Part shown: piece by piece, positions 35,140-48,100 of the stretch
Layout of the letters: each line of letters starts with the position of its first letter
How positions within the stretch are numbered: position 1 is the first letter of the stretch
Assembly (NCBI RefSeq): GCF_009834535.1
Contig: NC_045707.1
Span: 45,882,001 to 45,946,000 of the forward strand
Source of the DNA: Camelus ferus
Taxonomy: Eukaryota
Length of the DNA: 64,000 bases
Reading direction: 5' to 3'
Made by a program: the position numbers and the translations under genes
The notes under the pieces: generated by a model
The model's database searches: none
Told to the model about the DNA's origin: nothing
The model's input: only the letters and a program-made list of their open reading frames with translations

Positions 35140-36020
35140 TTTTTAAATAGACACTTACAAAATTTGTAAAAGCAGAGAGAATAGTTTCATGAGCTCTAGT
35201 ATAAATTTCACCAGTCTTCAGTAATTGTCAGCCATGGCCAGTCTTGTTTATTCCTTCTCATCCCCACCTCCACAACTGAATTTTTAAGAAAAATTTCTAT
35301 AATTAGCCTAGGAGGAAAAAAAATGAAGAACCCACTGTAGCAGGAAGAAGCAGAAGTCTTCTAGGGTTTGGCATTTGATGAGATAGGTATTCAGTTACTG
35401 TGCATTTCCATGGCAGAACATATGGCAGACTTGGGAACGCCCAGAAGTGAAGCCAGGTTACTCTTAATTTCCATAACTGTGTTGCTCTCGGGGCTGTAGT
35501 TGTCTGTGTCCCAGACAAATGGGATGCGTGTCTGTTTCCATAAATTTTTATCTCCGTCTTCATTGAAAGGATGGCACTGCCATGTGGTCTCAGCCAGAGT
35601 CTCTTGTCCAAGGTTCCTGGTTTAGTTGACTACATCCTGCTCAATACAGCTTTTGTCATCACAACTTGAGATACTGTGACTGATTTCTGCCCAAGGAACC
35701 TGATGGCAAGCATTGAAGGGGCAACTAGCCAGTTTGCACTGTCAGGATGATTATTTCTGCACTTGGTAAGATGATAAGGAAACCTGCAGGCCCTGATCTG
35801 GTGATTTTTATCATAGGGGCATTGTAATAGCTTTTGAGAGTCCAGGGAATCAATGTAAGTTTCTTCCATGTTGGAGGTGAAGGAGCCAAATCCAAGTGCT
35901 CAGCTAAGACACTCTTCCCACATTCGCCTTCACCCACACCCACACCCCAGCAGCCACAACTGCATTATTTTGAAGTAAATCCAAACAGTCATACTTTCAT
36001 TTGTAAGTTGTTCAATAATT
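35140..36020 (-). mobile_element. Old L1MC-like 3' fragment split in two by the GTSF1 retrocopy
   Basis: agagagaatagt...catggccagtcttgttt...ccac on the left continues as attattttgaagtaaatcc...tttcatttgtaa on the right, matching the L1MC4/5 3'-end consensus as I recall it. Confidence 0.6.
35283..35953 (-). pseudogene. GTSF1: Processed pseudogene (retrocopy) of GTSF1, gametocyte-specific factor 1
   Basis: Minus-strand [43 protein letters not shown], then after a frameshift (~35735) [53 protein letters not shown]...LPYVLPW. Intronless; premature TAA at 35622-35624; CDS-homologous span 35395-35869; TSD CCACAACTG(A/C)ATT at 35270-35282 and 35954-35966. Confidence 0.93.
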
Positions 36021-36088
36021 ATGTTTTATGGGTGTAATTGTGAAAAAGCATCTTTTTATTTTTGGCAGGACATTTTGGCAATTAAATC

Positions 36089-36142
36089 ATGGCAACGATA
36101 GAAGAAATTGCACATCAAATTATTGAACAGCAGATGGGAGAG
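36089..36142 (+). CDS. NR2C1: NR2C1 exon 2 coding part ([18 protein letters not shown]); exon likely begins at 36069
   Basis: Strong Kozak context atcATGG; gtatgt donor at 36143; nearest upstream AG at 36067-36068. Confidence 0.93.
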
Positions 36143-39100
36143 GTATGTCTAGTTTATTCTTCATTCACTGATTCACCAAACTTACTTACATCAAATGTAG
36201 TATATACTAGGTTTTGGAGTTATAAGAGATAAAATATACCCTTGACTTTAAGTTAACTTTAACCTAGTGAGAGATACTTGAATAATCAGACAATCATGAT
36301 AGATACGGTATATGCTATGATAGATCATTGTATAGAGTGTTATGGGAGCCCAGAAGAAAATTTAATGAAGAGTTGTGGTGGGGTGTGGGGATCTGGTCAG
36401 GGAATATTCTTGGAGGGTGTGAAATCTAAGGCTAGTCCTAATGGACCAGTGGGAGGAGATCCATATCAATAGACAGATCTTCATTTTTAAACAGTTACGT
36501 TCTAGTAGGAGGTAGTATAATGCAGAGGTTTTCCAAGTGTCATCTAGGGACTCTTTCAGAGAGTCAGCAAGGTCAAAACCATTCTCATAGTAATACTAGA
36601 ATGTTATTTGCCTTTTCACTATCATTTTCTCACAGGTGTATTGTATAATTCTTCCATAGGCTACATGACTTGTGATATGTGATGAAACATGTCAGCAATG
36701 AAAAGGTGTACATAACTCATTGAACCAGTGTTTCCCAAATGACTAACGCATGATGTTACAAAATCACTGATGAGTACAAGATTCAAATGCAGGATAGACC
36801 AACGGCTTTTAATACAGTTTCTGATTCCACATTGCAACTAACCTTTAAGAAGCTTGTCAAGTTTTGGTGTCACATCAAAAAACAGTTTACACAAGTTTGA
36901 AGAAGCTGTTAAGATATGCTTTCCCCTTTTACTCAATAAACATAAGGCTGGATTTTCTTTATATATTTTAACCAAAACAACATACTACACCAGATTGAAT
37001 GCTCAGGCAGGTATGAGAATCCAGCTTCTGTTAAGCCAGACATTAAAGCAGTTTGCAAAAATGTAAATCAGTACCACTGTCCCCACTAAACTTTCATTTG
37101 TTTGGAAAATATACTTATTTTTCCTTAAATAAATATTATGTTACTTATGTTAACATTAGATGGGTTATTTTTTAAATGAATTAATTTTTTAAAAATTTTC
37201 TATTTGAATTTCTAATATGATAAATATCAATAGTTATAACCTACATAAACAAAAGTCCTTTGGGCTCTCGGTGATTTTTTATTTTTTGGTGTTTAGAGGG
37301 ATCCTGAGACCTGAGAACTGTTTCGTAATCTATTTACTGTTCTTTATTGATGACCACTTATACTGCTTCAGTTTTCAACAATAATAATGCTACATTAAAC
37401 ATCCTTTTACCCATCTAAGCAAAGTGCTTCAACCTGATGACAGTTGGATCCTGCATGCACCTAATACTCTTGTCTCTAAGAAATAAGTGTGAACCATTAA
37501 ATTTTTATTCAGTTCATAGTGAATATTACTGATAGAAATATTCTGAAATAAAATTACATTAGCTTAAACCTTACATGGTAAAATTACAGATGAACTGATT
37601 CAAAGTCACATCTTATAGGTATCATTGAAAACTGCAGAAATTGTTAGGTTGGAGACTAGACTTGGTAGATATAATCTATGCAAAATAAAATTGACAACAG
37701 TTAAAACTGCACCCAGAAGAATAGGACATGGTAGAAATAATGGTCAAAGAAGGAAAAACAAATTAGCAGCCACCATAATCAATACAATCTGCTCTAGACA
37801 AAAAGTAGTGATTCAGAACTTTGCTGTAAATTTTGCATAGAAAATAATCTTGATGAAAATAATTCAGAGAAATGGAAAAAAGTTGGAAAGGAAACAACTT
37901 TGCCATTTTAAAATTGAATCAAAGAATTTAACTAGCTTAATGAGTTTATTCTGTAAAACGTTTGCTCAGCAACAGCAAAAACCCTCAATACTAGGCTAGT
38001 TCTCCCTATTCATGAACTTGCTTTTCCCCAGACTACTTCATCTCAGTAGATGGCAATTCTGTCCTCCCAACTGCTCAGGCCAAAATTTCATACTCCTCCT
38101 CAACCCTTCTTTCCTCATATTCTATATCGAATCCATCATCACATCTTGCACCTCTCCCTTCATAAAATAATCCAAATCAATTTTTCACCCATAGCATGGC
38201 AACTACCCTGATCTCAGCCAATATCTCTGCCTATACACAATTCCCAAATGCTGCCAGTTATCTGTGCAATAGCATCCTTTCTGGTCTCCCTTAATTCTAT
38301 TCTTGAACATTCATAGTCTGGTCTTGACACTAAATCTAGAATGATCCTTTTTGCAAAAGATCCTGTCCTCTGCTCTGTAAACACTCCAGTGGATCTCCAT
38401 GTCACACAGTAGGAAATCAGACTTTGTATGGCCTACAAAGCCCTATTCAGTCTGGTCCCTGCTGACTCTCAGCTCCCACCTCTTACTACAGATCCCTCTC
38501 TTCCATTCTCTTTCACTCACAAAACTCTTGCTGTGCCTCTTGCCTCAGATGTATTGAACATACTTCCTGCACCACAGGCTTCCTCTACCTGGGGTGCATT
38601 TCCCCTAGCCAGTCCTAAGCCTTGGTCTGCTACTTCACTCAGGTCTTTGTAAAAATGTCATTCTCATCATCCTCATTTCGTCAATGACTCTCACCTTCCC
38701 CTGCTATATTTTACTTTGTATACTTTATACTATGTGACAATATTACTGCTTATTTGGGTTTTATCTGCCTTTCCTCACTAAAAGCTTTATGAGAACAAAG
38801 ATTTTGTTTTGTTTATTGCTGTATCTGGGGACCCAGAACAAACTGTTTGGCAAATAGAATACACTCAGTATATGTTTGTCTAAATGGAAGGTGGAAGGGA
38901 AGGGGAAGAAAAGAATGAATCAAAATAATGAGGTCCAAATATTCTTACTATTATATTTTTATTTGTATATTCATTTATTTCTGTAGGATAAGATGTCATG
39001 GAAATAGAATTGCTAGATCAAAAGATGTGTGTGAGTGTGTGCGTACACGCTCGTGCGCTTGTGCACGTATTATATTGAACATATGTATATAAAGGTATGC

Positions 39101-42100
39101 TTTTCAACTCTGGCTTTGTCTGAAAGAATGAGAAAAGTGGGTCCTTAAGGAAGAAAAGGCATTAAATTGAATTGATTACTAATGACACGATTGTGTTAGA
39201 TTGTTACTGAGCAGCAAACTGGCCAGAAAATCCAGATTGTGACAGCACTTGATCATAATACCCAAGGCAAGCAGTTCATTCTGACAAATCACGATGGCTC
39301 TACTCCAAGCAAAGTCATTCTGGCTAGACAAGATTCTACTCCAGGAAAAGTTTTCCTCACAACCCCAGATGCAGCAGGTGTCAACCAGTTATTTTTCACA
39401 ACTCCTGATTTGTCTGCACAACACCTCCAGGTAAATAACTAAGAGTTTATTTTTATCTTACACTTGAAAAAAATTAAAAATTTGTCATAAATTTAAGTCC
39501 TGACATTAAGACTTTATGTCATACATGTTCAGTAGGGAAAAAATCTTGGCGTAAAATTATGTGCTGCCCTCTTGTATGGGCCACAGTACTGTTCCTCACA
39601 CCCATGTGTTTTGGGGGTGGGGTTTAGTTGCATACAGTAAGATCCACTCTGGCTTTTTTGACCAAGAAAGATTTAATAAAAAATATAGAGAGCTAATAGA
39701 ACTGTTAGGAACGCTGAAGAAATAGTTGTAGGTCAGCTTTCCAAGAATAACTACTGGAGCATGCTTCAGAAGTTGCTTCTATGTGACCTGATGCTTCTAC
39801 AGTTAGGAAACTTCTAAATCTATCTATACAGAATTCTGTAGCTGCAGTTTTCAAGACCAAGCTTCCTGTGCCTCAAACAAACAGCTGTCAAATCAAGAAA
39901 TTGTTAATAGCTGCCAGCTTTGTCACTTTTGATTCCTCTGTTGTCATCTACATCTTCATCTTCATTGATGTAGCGGGCATCAGTGAAGGTCTGCTCTAAC
40001 ATTGGAACTCAGTCGTGTAGATTAACTTTACATCGTTTAAATTTTTGCTAGTTATACATTATTTTTCAAAGAGTTTAAGGCTTTTATGTACTGCACTCCT
40101 ATGGTTATGTAACTACTTTTACCATTGGTTGCTATGATTGAATACAAATACAATGAACCTTTAAATTTGCCTCCAGAGACTTTGGCAGGGAGTATCCACT
40201 TAAAATTGGATTCATATTTTGTGATGAAAAACGGATCAAAGAAAATTCCTCTTGGGATTAAAAACTCCAAATTTGTAAGATGCAAAATTTTGCCTATAAT
40301 CCTGATAGATTCTGTTATTCTTCCAATTACATAATTTAAATTATTAGAAACAGTTAAGGTAGAAAATTGACAGGATATATAAAGTTATTTTATCAACAAG
40401 ACAGAAGTCACCCCAAAAAAGTATAACATTATCCATAATTAAAAATTTTTTATTAACAGACTTGATATTTTAGAACTGTTTTATATATACAGAAATATTG
40501 AGCATTTAGTATAGAGTTCCCTTCCCAGCACACAATTTCTCATATTAACATTTTACATTAGTGTGATACATTTCTTATAATTAATGAGCTAGTAGTATTT
40601 ATTAGCTAAAATCCATAGCTTTTCCTAATTTTTACCTAATACCCTTTTTTGCTCCATGATACCATGTTACATGTAGTTTTCACGTCTCCTTGGACTTCTC
40701 TTAGCTGTGATAGTTTCTCAGACATTCCTTGTATTTGATGATTCTGACAGTTTTGAGGTGTACTGGTCAGGTGTATTAAAAGTTGCTGTACTGTGAGACT
40801 TTGGCTGATGTTTTTTTCATGGTTTGACTGTGGTAATGGGGTTTAGGAAGGAGGATCACAGAGGTTAAGTGCTATTCTTATCGTATCAAGGGTACTTACT
40901 GTCATCATGTTTTACAACTGGTGACTTCACCTGGCTGATGTAATGTGTGTCAGATTTCTCCACTGTGAAGTTACTCTTTTTTTAAAAAATTTCTCTATTT
41001 AAAAAATAAAGATAATATTGGTACTTTGCCTACTTTATGGATTGTCTCTAAGAGCAATAAAAGAGAAACAGGTATAGGGTGGAATTCCCCTTGGCCAAGA
41101 AGATATGATTTCTGGTCTAGTGACCTAAAATGGGTTGTGGACAAGTCCATTAACCAGTGTCTCTTCAGCCCTTAGGAATAATAGCAGTAAAAGATTAGCA
41201 CCATTTGCAATAGATACACTATTAAAGAAAAGAGCGATACTTATCATAGATGTTTTTGAAAGACATCTAATAACAGAAATTGTTTTTTTTTTTTTTAAGT
41301 TTTCATTGAAGACTGATTTTTATGGTGATATAAGAAGAAATGATTCCACTATAACATAGTAAGGGACAGCAATTTTGACAACTGTTTAAAGTTTTTAAAA
41401 TCAGAATTAGTCCTGAAGGCATTCATATCCCTAAGAGAAGAATAAGTCAAAGTAGAGAACTACTTTGTGGGTTTTTTTAAAGCAGGGGAACGTGTTTGCT
41501 AAATGCTATATTGCGTTTTTTGGATTGAATTTAATTATTCACATTTCAAAAGATTGAAAGAAAATGACAAAAAGTTTGAAGGATAAACCTAAAAGAAGAA
41601 ACTAGTATTTCTTTGCCAGTATTATTTTAGCTGTAACCTAGTGATGAACTCTTAATATAATTTAAAGAGATCTAGTAATTTGCCCAAGGCCACCCTACCT
41701 AGTCCCCACTAACTTGCTATCATTAACAGACTTGAGTCCATGCTCTCAATCATTATATCTAACCCAAATCTTAAGATAACTCAATAAAAAGTTTTACCTT
41801 TGTATATCAGTCATATTTCCATAATTGTAAGTAAATGCTTCAACAGATTTTTTTTCTTTGTGATTTCTTTTTTTTTAATTCTTTTTTTTTTTTTTTTACT
41901 ATATCTTTTTTTGGGGAGGAATAGGAGGGATAAGTTAGGTATTTATTTATTTATTTTAATGGAAGTACTGGGGATTAAACCCAGAACCTTGTGCATGCTA
42001 AGCATGTACTCTACCACTGAGCTATACCCTCCCCCCAGGTTTTTTTCTTTATAACTCCTTTTCTATTTAAAAAATTTAAAGTTAGCTTTTTATGCTGTTA

Positions 42101-45100
42101 TAGCTTATTTTAATGTCATTCCATTTAGAAATGTTGTGAGTTATGCAAGGACAAATGTCATTATAGGACTGATAACTGGTACAGTAATTTGATGTGTTCC
42201 ATATGAATAATAAGTACTTAATGAGCTAGGTGCAGTAAAAAAAAATACTCATGTTTGTGTGTTTAAGACTCTTCACTAACTAAACTGTTACAGAACAAAT
42301 TTAAAAGGTATTCTTTCTGTCTTTGCTTCTTAGAACATTGAATTTTTTATCTATAAGTAAATTAAGAATAGTTTAATTGATATATGCATAGGGTTCAAAG
42401 TTCCAGAATAATTTACAAGAAAGAAAGCAAAAAATAAGACTGTTCTTTTAATTTTTACATTAAAATATTAATGAATAACGACAAAGTATTTTGGTTTTTT
42501 TTGTTTTGGGGGGATTTCTTTAGCTCTTAACAGATTCTTCCTCAGAACAAGGACCAAATAAAGTTTTTGATCTTTGCGTTGTATGTGGAGACAAAGCATC
42601 AGGTAATATTAAAAATAACATCCTTTACGTGTTGTGTTGTTAAAATAACTACCACACTACCATGTTTCTTCTACTGAAAGTAAAAAGGAAAATAAAGGAA
42701 CATGTCATTTTTATGGTTCATATTTGTAGCCTACGAAATTTAACTGATTTTTTCCCATAGCTTTTTATTCACGTAAGGGTATTTTTTACTTGTGTTTAAT
42801 TTGATCCTGCAGTGACATGAAATGCATATTTTGAAGAATTATGAAAGTTCACTTTTTGAAAGTAAACCAAACATAGAAATTTTTCTGAATGTGAAACCAG
42901 TTTTGTCAAAGGAATTGCTTAAAAACTAGCTGTAATCCTTGGTAACATATAATATTAGGTTGTTAACCTACCTTTTGAGCCCTTTTCTCATTCCAGGAAT
43001 ACAGAGTAACGAATTGAGTTGGAAAAGCTCTAGTTAACCTTATGTAATGCTCTGCATAGTTGAGCAGGCATTTCTTCAAACCTATTTCTAGTACTCAGGG
43101 TTATGCCATTTTAGTTCTGGCCGTTGTTCCTTCATGCCAGAAATACACACCCATATTTGCTCATATATATTCACAAGTGCCAGTGGGATAGTTTTAAGGA
43201 CCCAGTTTATTTTCTTTAATCTTTTTTATTTTTTACATAGCTTTATTACAAAAACCTCAACTAGAGATTTTCCCAGACTGTGTTCATTTTGTTAAGAGAT
43301 GTTGTGTCAAAGAAATGGTTTGTAAAATGATAGGTTTATCAAAGTGTAATAGGTTTCTCCAGAAGTTTTAAAAACTGGAACCCACAACAAGGAAGAATTA
43401 TTAGAGTTCAAATACTAACTGACATTACATCCTTTTTATGGAAGCGTAGTTTTCAGAATAAAATAACTTTATACAGTGTATGGTAGAACTGTAGTTTGTA
43501 AGTGATTTCAAAAGTGAAAATGGTTTGTATGTTAAATCATGGGATTATGGGTGTTTTCTGTTCTCTTTCCCAAATCTTCCATGCCATTGTTAAGATTACT
43601 TAACAAAATTTAACTCATTTAATATATTTTATCAGAGAATAAGGTTGTTTCATTCTCTGGTAACTCCAAAAAGAATTTTTTATGTCATAAACTCAGAAAT
43701 CTCAGTTTTGTCTCATATATTGTTATTTAAAGGGAAGATACAGGTTTATTTCATTTCAGTTCTAAAATATATGACTTTTGTTTTTCTTAAATGTTTTGCC
43801 TCTAGGGCGTCATTATGGAGCAGTAACTTGTGAAGGCTGCAAAGGATTTTTTAAAAGAAGTATCCGAAAAAATTTAGTTTATTCCTGTCGAGGATCAAAG
43901 GACTGTATTATTAACAAACACCATCGAAATCGCTGTCAATACTGCAGGTTACAAAGATGTATTGCGTTTGGAATGAAACAAGACTGTATGTATTAGCTTT
44001 AAAGGAGAAAATACTTTTAAGGATTCAGGCAAACTCTTAGAACTGTGTTAAATTAATTAACACAGTTAACACGTTAAAATATGTCAAATATATATGCTTT
44101 TTAATTTAAAGTTTTCCACTAAAAATATAGAAATATGTGCATATATATATTTTTTATTCATTCAACAAATCTTTATTAAATGCCCATATGCCAGGCATGT
44201 ATTTTTGGTTTGAACATGGTTAAAAAAAAAAAAAAAGCACAACTAACTAGATACCAGTTTAGTTTTTGATTAAACTACTAAATGATTGATAAGGTAATGA
44301 CAATAGCTAATTCTGATTGAGCTCTCATTTTGCTTTACTCTGCATATAGCATATGAATTAGCTTATTCTCACAGCATAATTCTCAGTAGGTACTACTGTT
44401 ATCCATTTACATTTGAGTGAACAGAGAGATTTAGTAACTTGCCCAAGTTCACACAACTAATAAGTGGCAGAACTTGGATTTGAATCTTGACAGTTTTGTT
44501 TTGTCTCAGAAAATATACATTTAACAACGACAGTGTACTATCTCCTAAGTATCATGAAATAAAATTGCTGTAAGTTAGATGTATTAACCTATATTTTATA
44601 AATGAAGACTAAGCAAGTGAATTACTTCTCAAAAATCTCCCTGCCCTTAACTGAAAAAAGATCTAAGTTGGGTCTTTTGTGGTTCTCTATTGTTTTCAGT
44701 TGGTTAAATATTATTTCATTTTTAAAATACTCTTAGATAAGGGACTCCTAACTTCAGTTTTTCCTTCTTGACAGTGAACTTTTGAAAAATAGTTCTACTA
44801 TTTTCTGTCATAGCTGGGGCAGGGAGGGAAAAGAGAACAAGAGATGCAAATTGGCTAGGTTTACTATTCTGAAGGAACTTTGTTGAATTTGCAAATAATT
44901 TCTAAAGATTGATAGTTATCTTTAGAGTTCAGTTATTGGTAACCATGTCTTCCATTAACAGCACTGCTGACCGAAAGCTTACATTTATAATTGCTATAAA
45001 TTCTGCATTGTGACATAAGTTTATATGCATTTTTGTAGCTGTTCAGTGTGAAAGAAAACCCATAGAAGTATCAAGAGAAAAATCTTCCAACTGTGCTGCT

Positions 45101-48100
45101 TCAACAGAAAAAATCTACATTCGAAAAGACCTTCGAAGTCCATTAGCTGCAACTCCAACTTTTGTAACAGACAGTGAAACTGCAAGGTATAGTAAAAACA
45201 ATAAAAATACACATATTTTAAGTCACTGGTCATTTATTTTTCTTCCCTGTGAAACTAAGGCTAAAATTTGTATTTATTTGTTGCAGGTCAGCAGGACTGT
45301 TAGATTCAGGAATGTTTGTGAATATTCATCAGTCTGGAATAAAAACTGAGTCAGCTGTGCTGATGACACCAGATAAGGTGTGTTTAGTACAATTAATTTA
45401 AAGCTTAAAATTTTTTAAGCTTCTAAAATTTTTTCCTTTTCTCACCCATCAGTTTGGCTAATTGATTTAAATATTCCCTGTTACAAGTTGCTTTTTTTTT
45501 TTTTTAACATAAATTATCAACTATTTGGTAGTGTTACATGACAACTGTAAACTGAAAGAATTTAGTAATGAGTTTGATATCCCTTATTCAAGGGAAAACA
45601 ATCCATGGATTAGCAGAATACAGTGCTCACAAGCAGTGGAACGAACATTCTTCCCAAGGAATTTCAGCAAGAATGAGTTTTGTAGAGCATTAGAAGCAGC
45701 AGCAGGAAATAGGGCTTAAATGGCAAGGAGATCTAGGGTTTTCCTGTAAGGCTATTGGGTACTGTTTTCTAGGGTAAAATGAGCTCGTTAAAGCTGAACT
45801 GGAGGATTGTGATTGGTGTTAGATTTCCTGACAGGTGTTTCCTTCAAGTGCACACTGACGTAGGTTTAGATTTGTGAAGTGGACCAGGTCACTGGAACAC
45901 CCTCCATTTTGCGAGTCCCGATATACAAAATAACTTTATCAGAAGTGTTCATTATTCCACTAGAACAATTATAGCTTCAACGTGAAAGTGACATTTAAAA
46001 GTCTCTCAGGTTTCTTTCATCTTGAAGTAAAAGTCCTCAGAAATAGAAATTTACAATAAGTGTAAAATTCTTTATATTACTTTTATGTTTTCCTACAGAT
46101 TTTATAGTGCTAAAATACTTAAAATATTTCAAGTGAAATTCCTAGCACACCTCTCTCAAAACATTAACTTGAGTCGAGTAAGAATAGGATTACAAGAGCT
46201 CTCAAATTATGTATCTTAGTCATTTGGCTTCTCTTAGAGGTTGGAGCAGCTCTTTGAGCAAGAGATCTGAAGTAAAATATGCTTAGATCGAGCATATAGA
46301 GTTTCTGTAGTGTTCAGAAACCCCTTTTGAGAATCAAAAACAAACATTTCTCCTGAAAACTCATACCTCGAAAGAAATTTCATGGAGCCTATGACTGGTG
46401 TTTCTCTCAGCCTATGTGACCTGATTTTATATACCTTATAAGATGATTCATTCCACATATGGCCAGATTTGTTATATATTTGTTGTCTGATACTTTAACG
46501 CACTTTTGTGCTCTAGAATCAGATTTCATCTGCCACTTACTAGCTGCATAACTGTGGGCAAGTTATTTGACCTCTCAGTGGTCAGATACGGTTTCCTTCC
46601 GCATCTGTAAAATAGGGATAAGAAGTGTCTACCTTATAGGTTGGGCTGTAGCATGTTGTTAATCGAGGAGATTTGGTATTATCTTACCATATATTTTGAA
46701 ATTACATAAAAGATTTTGCTTAGCCTTAGCTACATGATCCATGCTTAGAATGGTAGTTGCAATTTCATTGACATATTAACTCTTTTAGGAAAGGAAGAGA
46801 ACTGTTTTGTTGAGAAATTACTGTTTACCCAGACACTGTACTTTTCTATATGTCTTTATATTAAATTGTATTAACAATATTGTGTGGTTAGTTTCTGACA
46901 AGTGGTCTCAAAACTGTCAGGTCACAAGATGAGGTCTTTCCACATTAAACATCTAGTTAGATAGACATGGTATGAAATAGAAAAGAGTATATAAGTGTTT
47001 AAGTTTTAGTTGAAAATTGACACCTGAAAATGTTAACTCCTTTTACTCATATGTAAGAAGGCTGAAACAGTGGTTAAGAGCACAGGCTTTCCCATCAGAC
47101 CAACCTGATTTCCCATCCTGCCTGCATTATTTACTGCTAGAGTGACGATGGGTAATTTTTCTTGTCAGTAATAAAGAGATGATGATTCCTATTTCACAGG
47201 GTTGTTGTGAGGATTAAGTAAAATTCATATATAAGTAGTAATCATGTAAGAACTCAGTAACCGGTGAATTACTCAGTAAATGATTCTGGGACCATTCAAT
47301 AATTTGGAGAGAGCACGGAAATTATTTGCTTATTCACCAAAGTCAGTTTCACATAAACTAAATAATTGATGTAAGAATTAAAACTCAAGAAAACATATGT
47401 ATCCTCTTAGGATTAAGAACACTAAAAACAAAAACCATAAATGAATAATGAAAAATTAAAATACCATTAAGGGATCCTGTCGTTAGACCATAGGAGGCAA
47501 CTGAAGAGCCTTTCATTAGGTTAGGATGGCATAATCTGAACATTTAAAAAAGAATGACTAATGGATTGAAACATCAAATATGTAAAAGTCTATGAATTTA
47601 AAAGGATTTTCAGAATTTGTCTGAATGCTGGGGCATTGACTGCTCTAAAAACTGATAAATAAGAGGGAGAAAACTCAAGCACTTACCTGCCTTTCCTTGT
47701 AGAAATTATATTTCTGAGTTGTCAGAGAGTTAAGGAGAGAAAGTTCTTTTTCATAAAAGAACTATAACTAATTCATGCATAAAGAATATACACATCATTA
47801 ACAAAAATAAAAGCTGAAAGCAAATGGGAAAATATGCAATGTATAACAAAAGCCCAGTATCTTAGATATGTAAAGAAATTTTCCAGCTGCACAGTGCCTG
47901 ATGTTAGTGCATTTAACACAGTGGCTGGTTAAAGTTGGCATCTAGAAGTCTGTTCAATAATATACATTTTCATTAATAAAATATTAATTTTATTACATCC
48001 TGTACAACTTTACAGTTTGTATAGTAGTTTGTGTAATAAAGCTAAAAGAACTTGAAAGATCATCTAATTTAATATCCTTTAACAGAGGAAGCAACTGTTA

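Noticed and set aside
17690..36142. In-frame FGD6-NR2C1 fusion via penultimate FGD6 exon to NR2C1 exon 2
   Set aside because: The junction is out of frame and reaches TGA within exon 2.
37440..37990. A-rich stretch with a 71-aa ORF, possibly a decayed transposase
   Set aside because: No recognisable motif; cannot be supported without a Dfam/tBLASTn search.
39026..39070. Alternating purine-pyrimidine tract (Z-DNA-like)
   Set aside because: Short, interrupted, decayed (TG)n microsatellite; common in mammals.
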